The notes under the pieces are model-generated. The model searched no databases. It saw only the letters and a list, made by a program, of their open reading frames with translations, and was not told where the DNA came from. From Macrostomum lignano (taxonomy: Eukaryota): 37,803 bases of DNA. Position numbers and translations under genes: made by a program. The first letter of the stretch is position 1, and each line of letters starts with the position of its first letter. The stretch covers positions 1 through 37,803 of the forward strand of contig NIVC01003572.1 of NCBI GenBank assembly GCA_002269645.1. The letters are read 5' to 3'. Positions 1 to 9,989 of the stretch are shown piece after piece.

Positions 1-716
1 GGGTGTGAACCGCACACTCACTGCATTGGTGATTGGGTATGAACCGCACACTCAGTGCCTTAGTGATTGGGTATGAACCGCACACTCTGTGCCTTGTTGG
101 TTGGGTGTGAACCGCACACTCACTGCCTTGTTGGGGTGTGAACCGCACACTCAGTGCCTTGTTGGTTGGGTGTGAACCGCACACTACTGCATTGGTGATT
201 GGGTGTGAACCGCACACTCAGTGCTTGGTGTTGGGTGTGAACCGCACACTCACTGCATTGGTGATTGGTGTGAACCGCACACTCACTGCATTGGTGATTG
301 GGTGTGAACCGCACACTCAGTGCATTGGTGATTGGGTGTGAACCGCACACTCTGTGCCTTGGTGGTTGGGTGTGAACCGCACACTCACTGCATTGGTGAT
401 TGGGTGTGAACCGCACACTCACTGCATTGGTGATTGGGTGTGAACCGCACACTCTGTGCCTTGGTGGTTGGGTGTGAACCGCACACTCTGTGCCTTGGTG
501 GTTGGGTGTGAACCGCACACTCACTGCATTGGTGATTGGGTGTGAACCGCACACTCACTGCATTGGTGATTGGGTGTGAACCGCACACTAAGTGCATTAG
601 TGATTGGGTATGAACCGCACACTCTGTGCCTTGGTGGTTGGGTGTGAACCGCACACTCAGTGCATTGGTGATTGGTGTGAACCGCACACTCAGTGCATTG
701 GTGATTGGGTGTGAAC
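1..716. repeat. 34-bp minisatellite (~21 copies), consensus GGGTGTGAACCGCACACTCACTGCATTGGTGATT; upstream of the first recognised aminopeptidase exon, probably intronic
   Basis: Units start at 1, 35 and so on. Each unit contains the inverted pair GTGTG/CACAC. The overlapping ORFs 120..554, 138..341 and 385..687 only mirror this period. Confidence 0.95.
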
Positions 717-862
717 TCTTAATGATTTTTAGAAAGAGAAGAATAATTTTTCAACTGGTTTTGCGCTCTTTGATTCAATCTTCGTGAGCAAAGCATCATG
801 AAATTAGACGAAACAAATTGTGTAATTATATTTAGAGATTAAAAACACACGTATTTAAACAG

Positions 863-1214
863 GCAACAAAATGCAGCCCTGGTTAGCAGACTTGGCTACC
901 TGGTTAATCAAGAAGACGATGCCACTGCAGCATTGGTGACTCAGCGATTCAACTTCATCCGAGCTCTGGAGTCCGGCCGCCAACTTGCCAGAGACATTGG
1001 CGGCTCAGATCCGGAACGAATGTCGCCTGGTCGCATTGCGGATCGACTTGCGTCGGAATTTGGCGTCGTTAGCAACGGTCCAGTTGTCATGGAGATTGAA
1101 GAATCAATTAAGCCGGAGAAATATCCGTTAATGGCGGCTGTAGACAGAGGCAGCGTTGAGAGGCACCGTGGAAAGGTGGTACACCTCACCTATGAGGGCG
1201 AGCTGAATAGTCTG
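863..1214 (+). CDS. Aminopeptidase exon (QQNAALVSRLG...ALESGRQLARDIGGSDPERMSP...VVHLTYEGELNSL)
   Basis: Acceptor aaacag at 857-862 and donor gtaaat at 1215. The open frame matches ORF 933..1226. Confidence 0.8.
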
Positions 1215-4200
1215 GTAAATTATTAATTACAATACAATCTTTTCATAGCAACAAAAATTTATGCTGTCTTATAAGTTTGGCTGTTAAATCTGCTTTCATA
1301 CTTGCGTTGCAGTGGGAGCTGATATGATAAGTCAGCTTCTACCCTCTCTCGGTCAGCTTCTACCCTCTCCCAGTCAGCTTCTACCCTCTCTCGGTCAGCT
1401 TCTACCCTCTCCCAGTCAGCTTCTACCCTCACTCGGTCAGCTTCTACCCTCTCCCAGTCAGCTTCTACCCTCTCCCAGTCAGCTTCTACCCTCTCCCACT
1501 CAGCTTCTACCCTCTCCCAGTCAGCTTCTACCCTCTCCCATTCAGCTTCTACCCTCACTCGGTCAGCTTCTACCCTCTCCCATTCAGCTTCTACCCTCTC
1601 CCACTCAGCTTCTACCCTCTCCCAGTCAGATTCTACCCTCTCCCATTCAGCTTCTACCCTCACTCGGTCAGCTTCTACCCTCTCCCAGTCAGCTTCTACC
1701 CTCTCTCGGTCAGCTTCTACCCTCTCCCAGTCAGCTTCTACCCTCTCTCGGTCAGCTTCTACCCTCTCCCAGTCAGCTTCTACCCTCACTCGGTCAGCTT
1801 CTACCCTCTCCCAGTCAGCTTCTACCCTCTCCCAGTCAGCTTCTACCCTCTCCCACTCAGATTCTACCCTCTCCCATTCAGCTTCTACCCTCTCCCAGTC
1901 AGCTTCTACCCTCTCCCAGTCAGCTTCTACCCTCTCCCAGTCAGCTTCTACCCTCTCCCACTCAGCTTCTACCCTATCTCTGTCCGTCAGAAATGATTCG
2001 AAAGCAGCTCCCTGCTCCTCGCAACCATCCCACAGGCCGATGCCGCTGACGCTCGCACGTGACACTCCTTCTAGCTGGCAAAGGCGTCACGTTCGATACT
2101 GGTGGACTGAGCCTAAAAACCGGTGGCAGCATGGTCGGCATGCACCGGGACAAGTGTGGTGCAGCAGCGGTTGCCGGCTTGTTCAGCCTGCTTGCCCAGC
2201 TGCGTCCGCCAAATCTGACGGCTCGCTGCAGCCTCGACCTGGTGCGAAACTCCATCGGGTCAGGGAGCTACTCGCCCGACGAGGTCATCGTCAGCCGGGC
2301 CGGTCGTCGAGTTCGCGTGGTGAACACCGACGCCGAAGGCAGAATGATTCTAGCTGATCTGCTGTGTCTGCAGCGTGAGCGAGCGTTGGAGCTTGCGGAA
2401 CCGAGCAGAGCCAGGCTGTTTACCGTGGCGACCCTCACTGGCCACGCTGTGCTAGCCTACGGCCAGGGATATTCCATAGCGATGGACAATGGGCCGGCAA
2501 GAAGGCTCGGAGTGGCCGCAAAGTTACAAGCTGCTGGCGATCTAATTGCCGATCCGTTTGAGGTGGAAATGCAAAGTCAATTTTTTATTCGTTAATTTTT
2601 TCTATTAGAGAAACTGCTCGCTGATTTGTTAAGAAGATAACTGATCGCTGATTGGTTAAGAAGAGAACTGATCGCTGATTGGTTAAGAAGAGAACTGATC
2701 GCTGATTGGTTAAGAAGAGAACTGATCGCTGATTGGTTAAGAAGAGAACTGATCGCTGATTGATTGAGAAGAGAACTGATCGCTGATTGGTTGAGAAGAG
2801 AACTGATCGCTGATTGGTTGAGAGGAAAAATGATCGCTAATTGGCTGACAACAGAGCTATATTCGACTACTTTATGAACCCTCGCTATTTAGATTTCCAC
2901 TGTCAGACGCGAAGACTGGGACTTTGTTCGGTCATCAGGTCCATACGAGGAGCTACTGCAGTGCAATCCGCAACCCAGTGCAGCCACCCGCGTGGCCATC
3001 AATTTCCGGCCGCATTCTTAGCCGCAGCTTCCGGTTTAGATAAGGTACAGATATTGATTAGCGTAATAACTGAATTGCTTCGACAGTATTGTAGTTATAT
3101 AGTTGCAAAATCTTGAATTATAATTTGAATGTATATATGAAGCTACGGTCGGAATTCCAGTACTTCGTGTACTCGCTTGACCGTACGCTTAAGCGAGACG
3201 TTTTTAAATTGGGTAATTGACGTAAGTGGGCGTATATCAGATGTGTTTATTGTTAAACTTAGAAATTGGTAATAAATACCTCGTGTACTTTGGTTGCAAG
3301 TGTGGCAAATATTAATATATATTATATTACGTGCAGTCGTGGTCCTGCCGTTCAAGCTATGGTTTTATTATAATTATGCCTAGTGGATTTAACTGGTTTG
3401 ATTTAGATAGTGGCTGCCTCCAGGTCCCTGATTTTCTCTAATTCTAGTACTTAGCGATCAAAGAATAAAAGAAGGAAACCAAAAATTTATTTACTAAAAG
3501 GATATAAAACCGGTAGCAGTCTTACTGTACCTAGTATTCCCCGACTTTATCCCCCGATGTTACCTCTTATTCTTTAAGTTCGAAGTTGGTTTCAAGACTA
3601 AAATTTGCTTGGAAAGGAACGACGTGTTTTCTCTCCTAACTGTAACTAACTAACTAGGTAAATCTGGCGCCTCAGCCATTGAGCAGGCTCTTACGCCACT
3701 AGAGATAATTTGGGTTCCTCTCTCATGCTTTCTCTCCTGCTTCACTTCACTTCACTTGATAAGTAATTCGGCGCCTCAGCCAATGATTAGGCTCTTACGC
3801 CACTAGATAAATGAGTATTCCAGCTGGGGAGTGTACTTATGTACACTGAGATCCTAATTGGAGCTAAGAGGACTGTACAAAGGGCAAATGACAGATCAAA
3901 AACCTCCCCGAGGGACAGTGGCACGGGCTTCCTGACTGGTATGTTATAAGGATAGTTATAAGGAAGTCCCAATTCGCGATCTAACTCCACCAAAATATTT
4001 TCCCTGGCTAGAACTACTGACAGTAGTTTAAAAGCATATCTGTTCTACTACATATGCATTTACCGGTATATAAAATAGTTTCGCAAATTAAAAAATCTGA
4101 GAAATTGTAAGTTTACAATCATTTATACCTTGTAAATTTCAGCACGGCACGGGCTCTAAAATTCCTCTGTCCTACACTCACATCGACATTGCTGGCAGCG

Positions 4201-4292
4201 CCGGTCGAATGAAATCTACGCCGCCAACTGCCTCGCCTTTGCTGGCAGTCGCTATGCGCTACGTACTGCCTCGGTTGTCGCGCTGTCTTTGA
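863..4292 (+). CDS. M17-family leucyl aminopeptidase (resembles the W07G4.4-like group), 3' part only. Exons 863-1214, 2036-2562, 2893-3044, 4143-4292. Two apparent -1 frameshifts.
   Basis: Motifs LESGRQLARDIGGSDPERMSP, GKGVTFDTGG, MHRDKCGAAAV, NTDAEGR, TLTGH, RGHQFPAAFL and YTHIDIAGS appear in the expected order. All AG/GT boundaries are canonical and the internal junctions are phase 0. Stop TGA at 4290-4292. Confidence 0.9.
1323..1972. repeat. 21-bp pyrimidine-rich intronic minisatellite (CAGCTTCTACCCTCTCCCAGT), ~31 copies
   Basis: Directly visible tandem array inside aminopeptidase intron 1215-2035. It produces the spurious EADWERV and QLLPSPS ORFs. Confidence 0.95.
2036..2562 (+). CDS. 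Aminopeptidase catalytic exon (TLLLAGKGVTFDTGG...DKCG...NTDAEGR...DPFE)
   Basis: Acceptor cacag at 2031-2035 and donor GT at 2563. Length is 527 (3n+2), so one base appears to be missing near 2058-2059. Confidence 0.88.
2607..2846. repeat. 27-bp intronic minisatellite (AGAGAACTGATCGCTGATTGGTTAAGA), ~8-9 copies
   Basis: Visible tandem array in aminopeptidase intron 2563-2892. Confidence 0.9.
2893..3044 (+). CDS. Aminopeptidase exon (ISTVRREDWDFVRSSGPYEELLQCNPQPSAAT / RGHQFPAAFLAAASGLDK)
   Basis: Acceptor ttag and donor gtacag at 3045. Length is 152 (3n+2), and the frame switches at the C run 2987-2989. Confidence 0.85.
3666..3807. repeat. 38-bp imperfect direct repeat (GGCGCCTCAGCCA..GA..AGGCTCTTACGCCACTAGA) at 3666-3703 and 3770-3807
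   Basis: Two copies visible in the last aminopeptidase intron. Confidence 0.8.
4143..4292 (+). CDS. Aminopeptidase terminal exon (HGTGSKIPLSYTHIDIAGSAGRMKSTPPTASPLLAVAMRYVLPRLSRCL*)
   Basis: Acceptor tttcag at 4137-4142. Contains the M17 C-terminal HxDIAG motif and an in-frame stop. Too short for the ORF track. Confidence 0.88.
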   Translation, partial: HGTGSKIPLSYTHIDIAGSAGRMKSTPPTASPLLAVAMRYVLPRLSRCL

Positions 4293-4734
4293 TTGATCGT
4301 GTCAATACAGTATATACAGTATATATAGGATTTCAACTGGACCTATGTAGTTCCGTTCGTTTTAAAGTTAAATTTAATTCGAATCCCCGCTAATAAGGAA
4401 ATTGGTATAGTAAATCAGTATTTAAAACACTATTATAACTAAATTTAAATATCCGGAAGTGCATTCCATTAGCTATATGGTAAAGTCTTTCTTGAAATTC
4501 CAACGCCATTATTATAGACGAACTACATTACTAATTGCAAAATGATTATTAGGAGCCAAAGTGATTTGCCATTTTAATTTACAAGTTAATTGGTTAATAA
4601 CTATTTGTGCTTTGTTCAAAAATATATTGATTCAGCAAATTTCTGTTACACGACTTAAATTATATCGATTTATAATCCAAATTAGAGCCAAAATTTTTCG
4701 TTTCATTCGGAGTAATTTTTAGTTTAGTGTCTAT

Positions 4735-5258
4735 TATAGCTTTTTGCGTTCTAGTTTGGACTGCGGGCTTTTAATTTGGACACAGAGTTGAGCAAAGCCC
4801 AGAGAATGCTGGCTAGTCTATGGCACAAACCAGAAGCAACTGACGGGCTTTTAAATTCGACAGCGGGCACAAATTTGGACACAGAAGACAAGAAGATCAA
4901 AGTTAAGAACGACAGTAATCAGTTTTTGAGGGTAGGTTATGAATCTGTATATTTGACCCAAACATTGAACTTATCCAAACCGTTAGATACAATTTTCTAA
5001 AACTTTAAACTTTAAGACTCTTGCGTTGTCAGAGCCTGTTTCTTCCTTCTAAAAAACTCGTGTACTTTGTGCTCTGGCTCAAGAAGAAACATGCAAGAGA
5101 AAGGGGAAGGAAAAGACTGTCCAAATTTGTGCCCGCTGTCGAATTTAAAAGCCCGTCAGTTGCTTCTGGTTTGTGCCATAGACTAGCCAGCATTCTCTGG
5201 GCTTTGCTCAACTCTGTCCAAATTAACACCAGTCCAAACTAGAACGCAAAAAGCTATA
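4735..5258. mobile_element. MITE/foldback-like element with ~145-bp inverted arms (4735-4881 and 5118-5258) and no coding capacity
   Basis: The arms are near-perfect reverse complements, so the same peptide TELSKAQRMLASLWHKPEATDGLLNSTAGTNLD appears in opposite-strand ORFs. Both outer ends are TATA, compatible with a TA target-site duplication. Confidence 0.7.
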
Positions 5259-5678
5259 TTAATTGTTATTATTTAATTTCTTTTCTTATTATTTTATCTA
5301 TTGCCGCTAACCATTTTATACTCCACCAAATAATAAATCGTGGGCCCGTTATATAAAGCCTTTGCGTCGCGGTATCCTTAAGTTAATTTTAACTTACGTT
5401 GGCGCCGTGTCGTACCGGTAAATTTGCGTTCGGTGAAACTTTTGTAAGTCAGTTTGGCTTCTTAAGTTCCGCCGTTAATCTAGTAGGACAGGTCGGTCCT
5501 GTCGTAAGTCACTCTTTAGTTGCGAAAATGCACTTGTGCCGACTTCATTGAGTCAAAAACTTCGCATTTTACTGTATATTTTGAGTAAATTTAAATATTG
5601 AAAAAATTAAACACTAGCGAAAATTGTTACGCTCGTAATTTAAAGTTTGAGTTGCAAGAAAAACCAATTGTGTTAAAG

Positions 5679-5830
5679 TCAGGCACGGTGGGAGTAGCTC
5701 CATGATACGCTGCCTTTCTGCTCGACCAGCAGCGGTGTCTTCAGCCAGTCAGTGGCTTCATTTTCAGCAGTCGCTTCCATGGCTAGCGGCTGATGTTCAG
5801 GTGGAAGTGGAATGGCTCTGCAGGCTACGG
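5679..5830 (-). CDS. Possible terminal exon of an unidentified minus-strand gene (AVACRAIPLPPEHQPLAMEATAENEATDWLKTPLLVEQKGSVSWSYSHRA*)
   Basis: GC-richer, non-repetitive open frame with acceptor aatttag and a TGA stop. No recognisable homology and no upstream exon identified. Confidence 0.25.
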
Positions 5831-5850
5831 CTAAATTGTGGAGCACGTAG

Positions 5851-6217
5851 CATGCAACAATGATGTTGTACACCTGCAACAATGATGTTGCACACATGCA
5901 ACAATGATGTTGCACACATGCAACAATGATGTTGCACACATGCAACAATGATGTTAAGTTGTACACCTGCAACAATGATGTTGCACACCTGCAATTCAAT
6001 GATGTTAAGTTGTACACCTGCAACAATGATGTTGCAAACCTGCAATTCAATGATGTTAAGTTGTACACCTGCAACAATGATGTTGCACACCTGCAATTCA
6101 ATGATGTTAAGTTGTACACCTGAAACAATGATGTTGCACACCTGCAACAATGATGTTGCACACCTGCAACAATGATGTTAAGTTGTACACCTGCAACAAT
6201 GATGTTGCACACATGCA
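5851..6217. repeat. Mixed 22/27-bp minisatellite (TGCAACAATGATGTTGCACACC and TGCAACAATGATGTTAAGTTGTACACC)
   Basis: Visible tandem array. The 22-mer contains the inverted repeat TGCAACA-ATGA-TGTTGCA. Confidence 0.92.
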
Positions 6218-6464
6218 ACTGATGTGTTGTGCACTTTCACACAGTATCAGTGCACCTAGCCCTCCCAGCGGGTTGAGTCATCCCTGTTTGCACCCATGTT
6301 GTTTTCGTTTGTTATCACCCCCTTCGCGTATTCCGCAGCCAGAGGCTTAAGTCGGTTTGTTTTTACTGGTATGATTTTTCTCGCCCTGCGCTGCGATTGG
6401 TTGCGGCCAGCCCAGTAGTGTAGTGATTGGCTGACTCAGGGGTTTGGTGCTGCCGGGCCCGCGC

Positions 6465-6499
6465 GGGGTGGTTGGCTGGGGGTTGGTGGGGTGGTGGGG
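6465..6499 (+). other. Potential G-quadruplex (G4-N-G5-N-G4-N-G4)
   Basis: GGGG-TGGTTGGCT-GGGGG-TTGGT-GGGG-TGGT-GGGG in a GC-rich patch. Motif match only. Confidence 0.4.
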
Positions 6500-7502
6500 T
6501 GGAGAGCGTGTACGTGGCCCTCCCCCTTCCACGGGCGTGCGCTATATTTAGCATCGCTCGCGGCGGGTTGGAGCGGTGTCCACCCTGCTCGGCTATCCCT
6601 CTCTCGAATTACTCCAAGTCACTTTAAGTCAATCAGCTCACTAGCTAGTCGGCTCCATATTGACAAGGCTACGGCCATACGACTGTTTCAAACAAAATAA
6701 ACGAAATGGCGTCATTAGAAACGCTCGGATCGTGAGGACCTGAGGCATTCTGACAATTTCAAAAAATGCACGTGCTGACGCTGCTGCTGCTTGCTGATTG
6801 ATTGGAAACGAAATGCAAATGGGTGCCCAATTTCCCGATCACTGCAATCGAGAGAGAGGGTCAAGTCTGTCTTTAAAAAATTGAAAAAAACAACACCTAG
6901 GTTATAAAAAGATAAAAATTAAATTGCCGGTTAAAGAGTTAGCTTTAGCGCAAAGTTTTTTGTTGGACTATACTAGATCTTATTCGACTATGAAGGCGCG
7001 GTCTATGAAGTAATAATATAGATAGTCACTTAAATTAGTATACACATGGAAGCACCAGGAGCAAACTATTAGGCTTGCCAGGCTTTTAACCTTTTTCTTC
7101 GGTTCACTCGAAGTAAAACCATTGGAAATCTCTAGCTTTTTTAGTTATTCGTCTATAGGAGCGAAGCAGTGCTTGCGAATTGCGAAGTTTCAAAGCAGTG
7201 TTTGCCGACAGCAGTAATTACAAAGCAAAACCGTTTTTGGGAAACGAGAAAAACAAGTGCTTACCTGAAATAAAACGTGTTGTCGAGTGAGGAAAGGACC
7301 AAATTGCCCAGTGCCAGGGGGAGAAGGGGAGGGAGTCACCCAGGGAAATTAAGGCGCGCTGCATAGACAGATCAGCGTGATGCATCAGTGAGTTGTGACA
7401 GACTGTGACCCCGCTGAAGGAAGCCGGGAAACCTCTCTCGTCATTGGTAGCCCCGTCTTGGAACAGTAGTCAGCAGTCTCTTGCGGCTGGGTCACTAAAG
7501 CT

Positions 7503-8171
7503 CAAGGACCACTAGAAGTTACCGTTGTATCAGGACGCAACACTCGCAAATATTGCAGAATTAGTTGAAGGCAAGCTTGTTTACCTGTATGTAGCGATGC
7601 TTGCCTTAAAAAACCATTCTACTCGACTGTTCTAAAAAAGCCTGCACCACATTTGGGCCTCAGAAGCTCCAGAATGGGTGTATTTACAATTTAGTAAGGC
7701 TTTAATCTGGTAAATCTACATATTTAAAGTATTTATGCCATTATATACAACCTTGCAACTCGTTTAAAAGTTGCTACGCTTTTATGTAGTCCTACTGCTA
7801 CTAAATAGTTCAACAACGCATGAAAAATTTTTCAGATGGGCTTCTAATTAATTTACTAACAATGAAAAGTAGTTTAACCAATAATTCCATAAGCTTCAGC
7901 TGTCTTGACAAAGTTATGGGCCTCAACCCTAGTATGAAATACTGCGTACTGCCTTTAATTTACTGTACGCCCGCCGCTTCTACATCTACTTCTACAAAAA
8001 ACAAAATTTTGAACAACCTGGCCAAAAAATTATCTTTCCAAGTGCATCCAGTCCGGAGTTTTTATGAGTATTTAAAGTTTAGCTGCAATGCAAACAAGCG
8101 GGCCTTCAAATAATTTTGCAATATTTGCCAGTGTTGCATCCTGATACAACGGTAACTTCTAGCGGTCCTTG
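7503..8171. mobile_element. Non-autonomous DNA-transposon-like element with ~90-bp imperfect terminal inverted repeats (7503-7595 / 8082-8171)
   Basis: CAAGGACCACTAGAAGTTACCGTTGTATCAGGACGCAACAC is the reverse complement of 8131-8171 with 2 mismatches in 41 nt. Similarity continues inward. No clear TSD. Confidence 0.55.
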
Positions 8172-8528
8172 GGGTTAAAATGCCGGCAAGGCGGTGCTAA
8201 AAGTCCTTTCTCATCAGAATCCTATATAGTCTATGGCCAGTCGGGGTGCCAACAGCCTCATTGAATTCCCGCGAATCCAAATCGTCTATGGCCAGAGCCA
8301 GCTGACTCAGATGTACAGTTGCGTCTGTGACTGAGCCGAGCAACTCGGTCCCTTTTATACTACTGTTCCCAAGCCCAAAAATCTCTCAGAATTTCTGATT
8401 TCGTTGAGCTGGATTTGCCCTTTTAAAAAAACTTGACCACGCAGCACTAGGAGAAACAAGAAGCATTTCTTAACAAGCTTAATAAAAGGTTGCGGGGATC
8501 AGCTGACCTTATCTGCCTCGACTTGAGC

Positions 8529-8607
8529 ATGTTACGAACGGTTCTGCTTCTGTTCTGCATGAGCGCAGCCATCTACGGCGCTCTGAGCTGCTCTTCCTCA
8601 AAGAAAT
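8529..8607 (+). CDS. WSC gene exon 1, signal peptide (MLRTVLLLFCMSAAIYGALSCSSSKK)
   Basis: ATG followed by a hydrophobic stretch. Strong donor gtgagt at 8608, phase 1. Confidence 0.75.
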
Positions 8608-9920
8608 GTGAGTAGCTTTTGTTGCTTTTGATTTGCGCTTTAGCTTGTGCGCATGCCCAGCTGCATTCAGGATAATCCTGCCACTTTTCAGCTGAGCCTG
8701 ATGCAGCTCCGGAAACCCAGGAAGACGCGAAAGAGGAGAGCGATTTAGGAAGTCCTGGTGAGATCCCAGACTAAAAGTTAAATAACAAATTTCTTACTTC
8801 AGTAGAGTAAAAAAATATTACTCCATTCCGTGACTGTCTAACAAATGAATTAACTTGCTAATTCCTGTCTTGACTGCTTCCACTTTACTCAGCATGTCAG
8901 AACAGTTCCCTCAGCATGTCAGAACAGTTCCCTCAGCATGTCAGAACAGTTCCCTCAGCATGTCAGAACAGTTCCCTCAGCATATCATAACAGTTCCCTC
9001 AGCATGTCAGCAGCATTCAGGATATACCTGCCACTTTTCAGCTCAGTCGGCTGCAGCTCCGGTAGTCAAGAAGGATCCACCGAAAGACGAGAGCACTTCC
9101 GAAAATCCTGGTAGGACGCCAGATTTAGTGTTCAATTGCAAATTTCTTGCTTCGGTAGAGTCATTAAGCTGGTATATAAACTGTCTCTATCAAACCATTT
9201 CAATTGTCTTCATTTCATTATTTACCCCACTTTGAAACAGATGCATTTTCCTCAGCATGTCAGAACAGTTTCCTCAGCATGTCAGAACAGTTCCCTCAGC
9301 ATGTCAGAACAGTTCCCTCAGCATGTCAGAACAGTTCCCTCAGCATGTCAGAACAGTTCCCTCAGCATGTCAGAACAGTTCCCTCAGCATGTCAGAACAG
9401 TTCCCTCAGCATGTCAGAACAGTTCCCTCAGCATGTCAGAACAGTTCCCTCAGCATGTCAGAACAGTTCCCTCAGCATGTCAGAACTTGTCATGTCATTT
9501 CTTACTTCAGTAGAGTAACTTCACCCTTGTCTGTGATCTGTCAATATCAAATCAATTTATCTCTTTTTCCTGCCTTACTGATCCCTGCAGTTTTAGCGAG
9601 ATGCGTATCATCTCCTGCGCAATATCCCACATCTGTGTGCAACAATTCAATTCAAATTTACATACTGCAGATCACAATAGCAACTCATTTCAAGCACCTT
9701 CCGAGGCCAATGCGGCATTGCATATTACGGAAGAAAGGAGCACTCCGAGATCTCAAGGTGAGACATCAGCTGCAAAGTTGACTTTTTAGACTAGCAATTA
9801 TCCCTTACTTCTGTGACCTTCACTTGATAAACATTTAGATCATTGAGCTGGTTATCTGTCTGTTCAGTATGAGAAAGTTTCAGTTCCATTGTAGCCCTTT
9901 GTACTTTTACTTTCGCGATT

Positions 9921-9989
<69 letters not shown>

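Noticed and set aside
1259-2065. 268-aa EADWERV heptad ORF as a coiled-coil protein
   Set aside because: It is the antisense reading of a 21-bp intronic minisatellite inside the aminopeptidase gene. The heptad period follows from 21/3.
2075-2562. Alternative acceptor at 2074 (ctccttctag) to avoid the first aminopeptidase frameshift
   Set aside because: It needs a phase-1 donor and would delete the conserved TLLL strand before GKG. The same one-base shortfall also recurs in the next exon.
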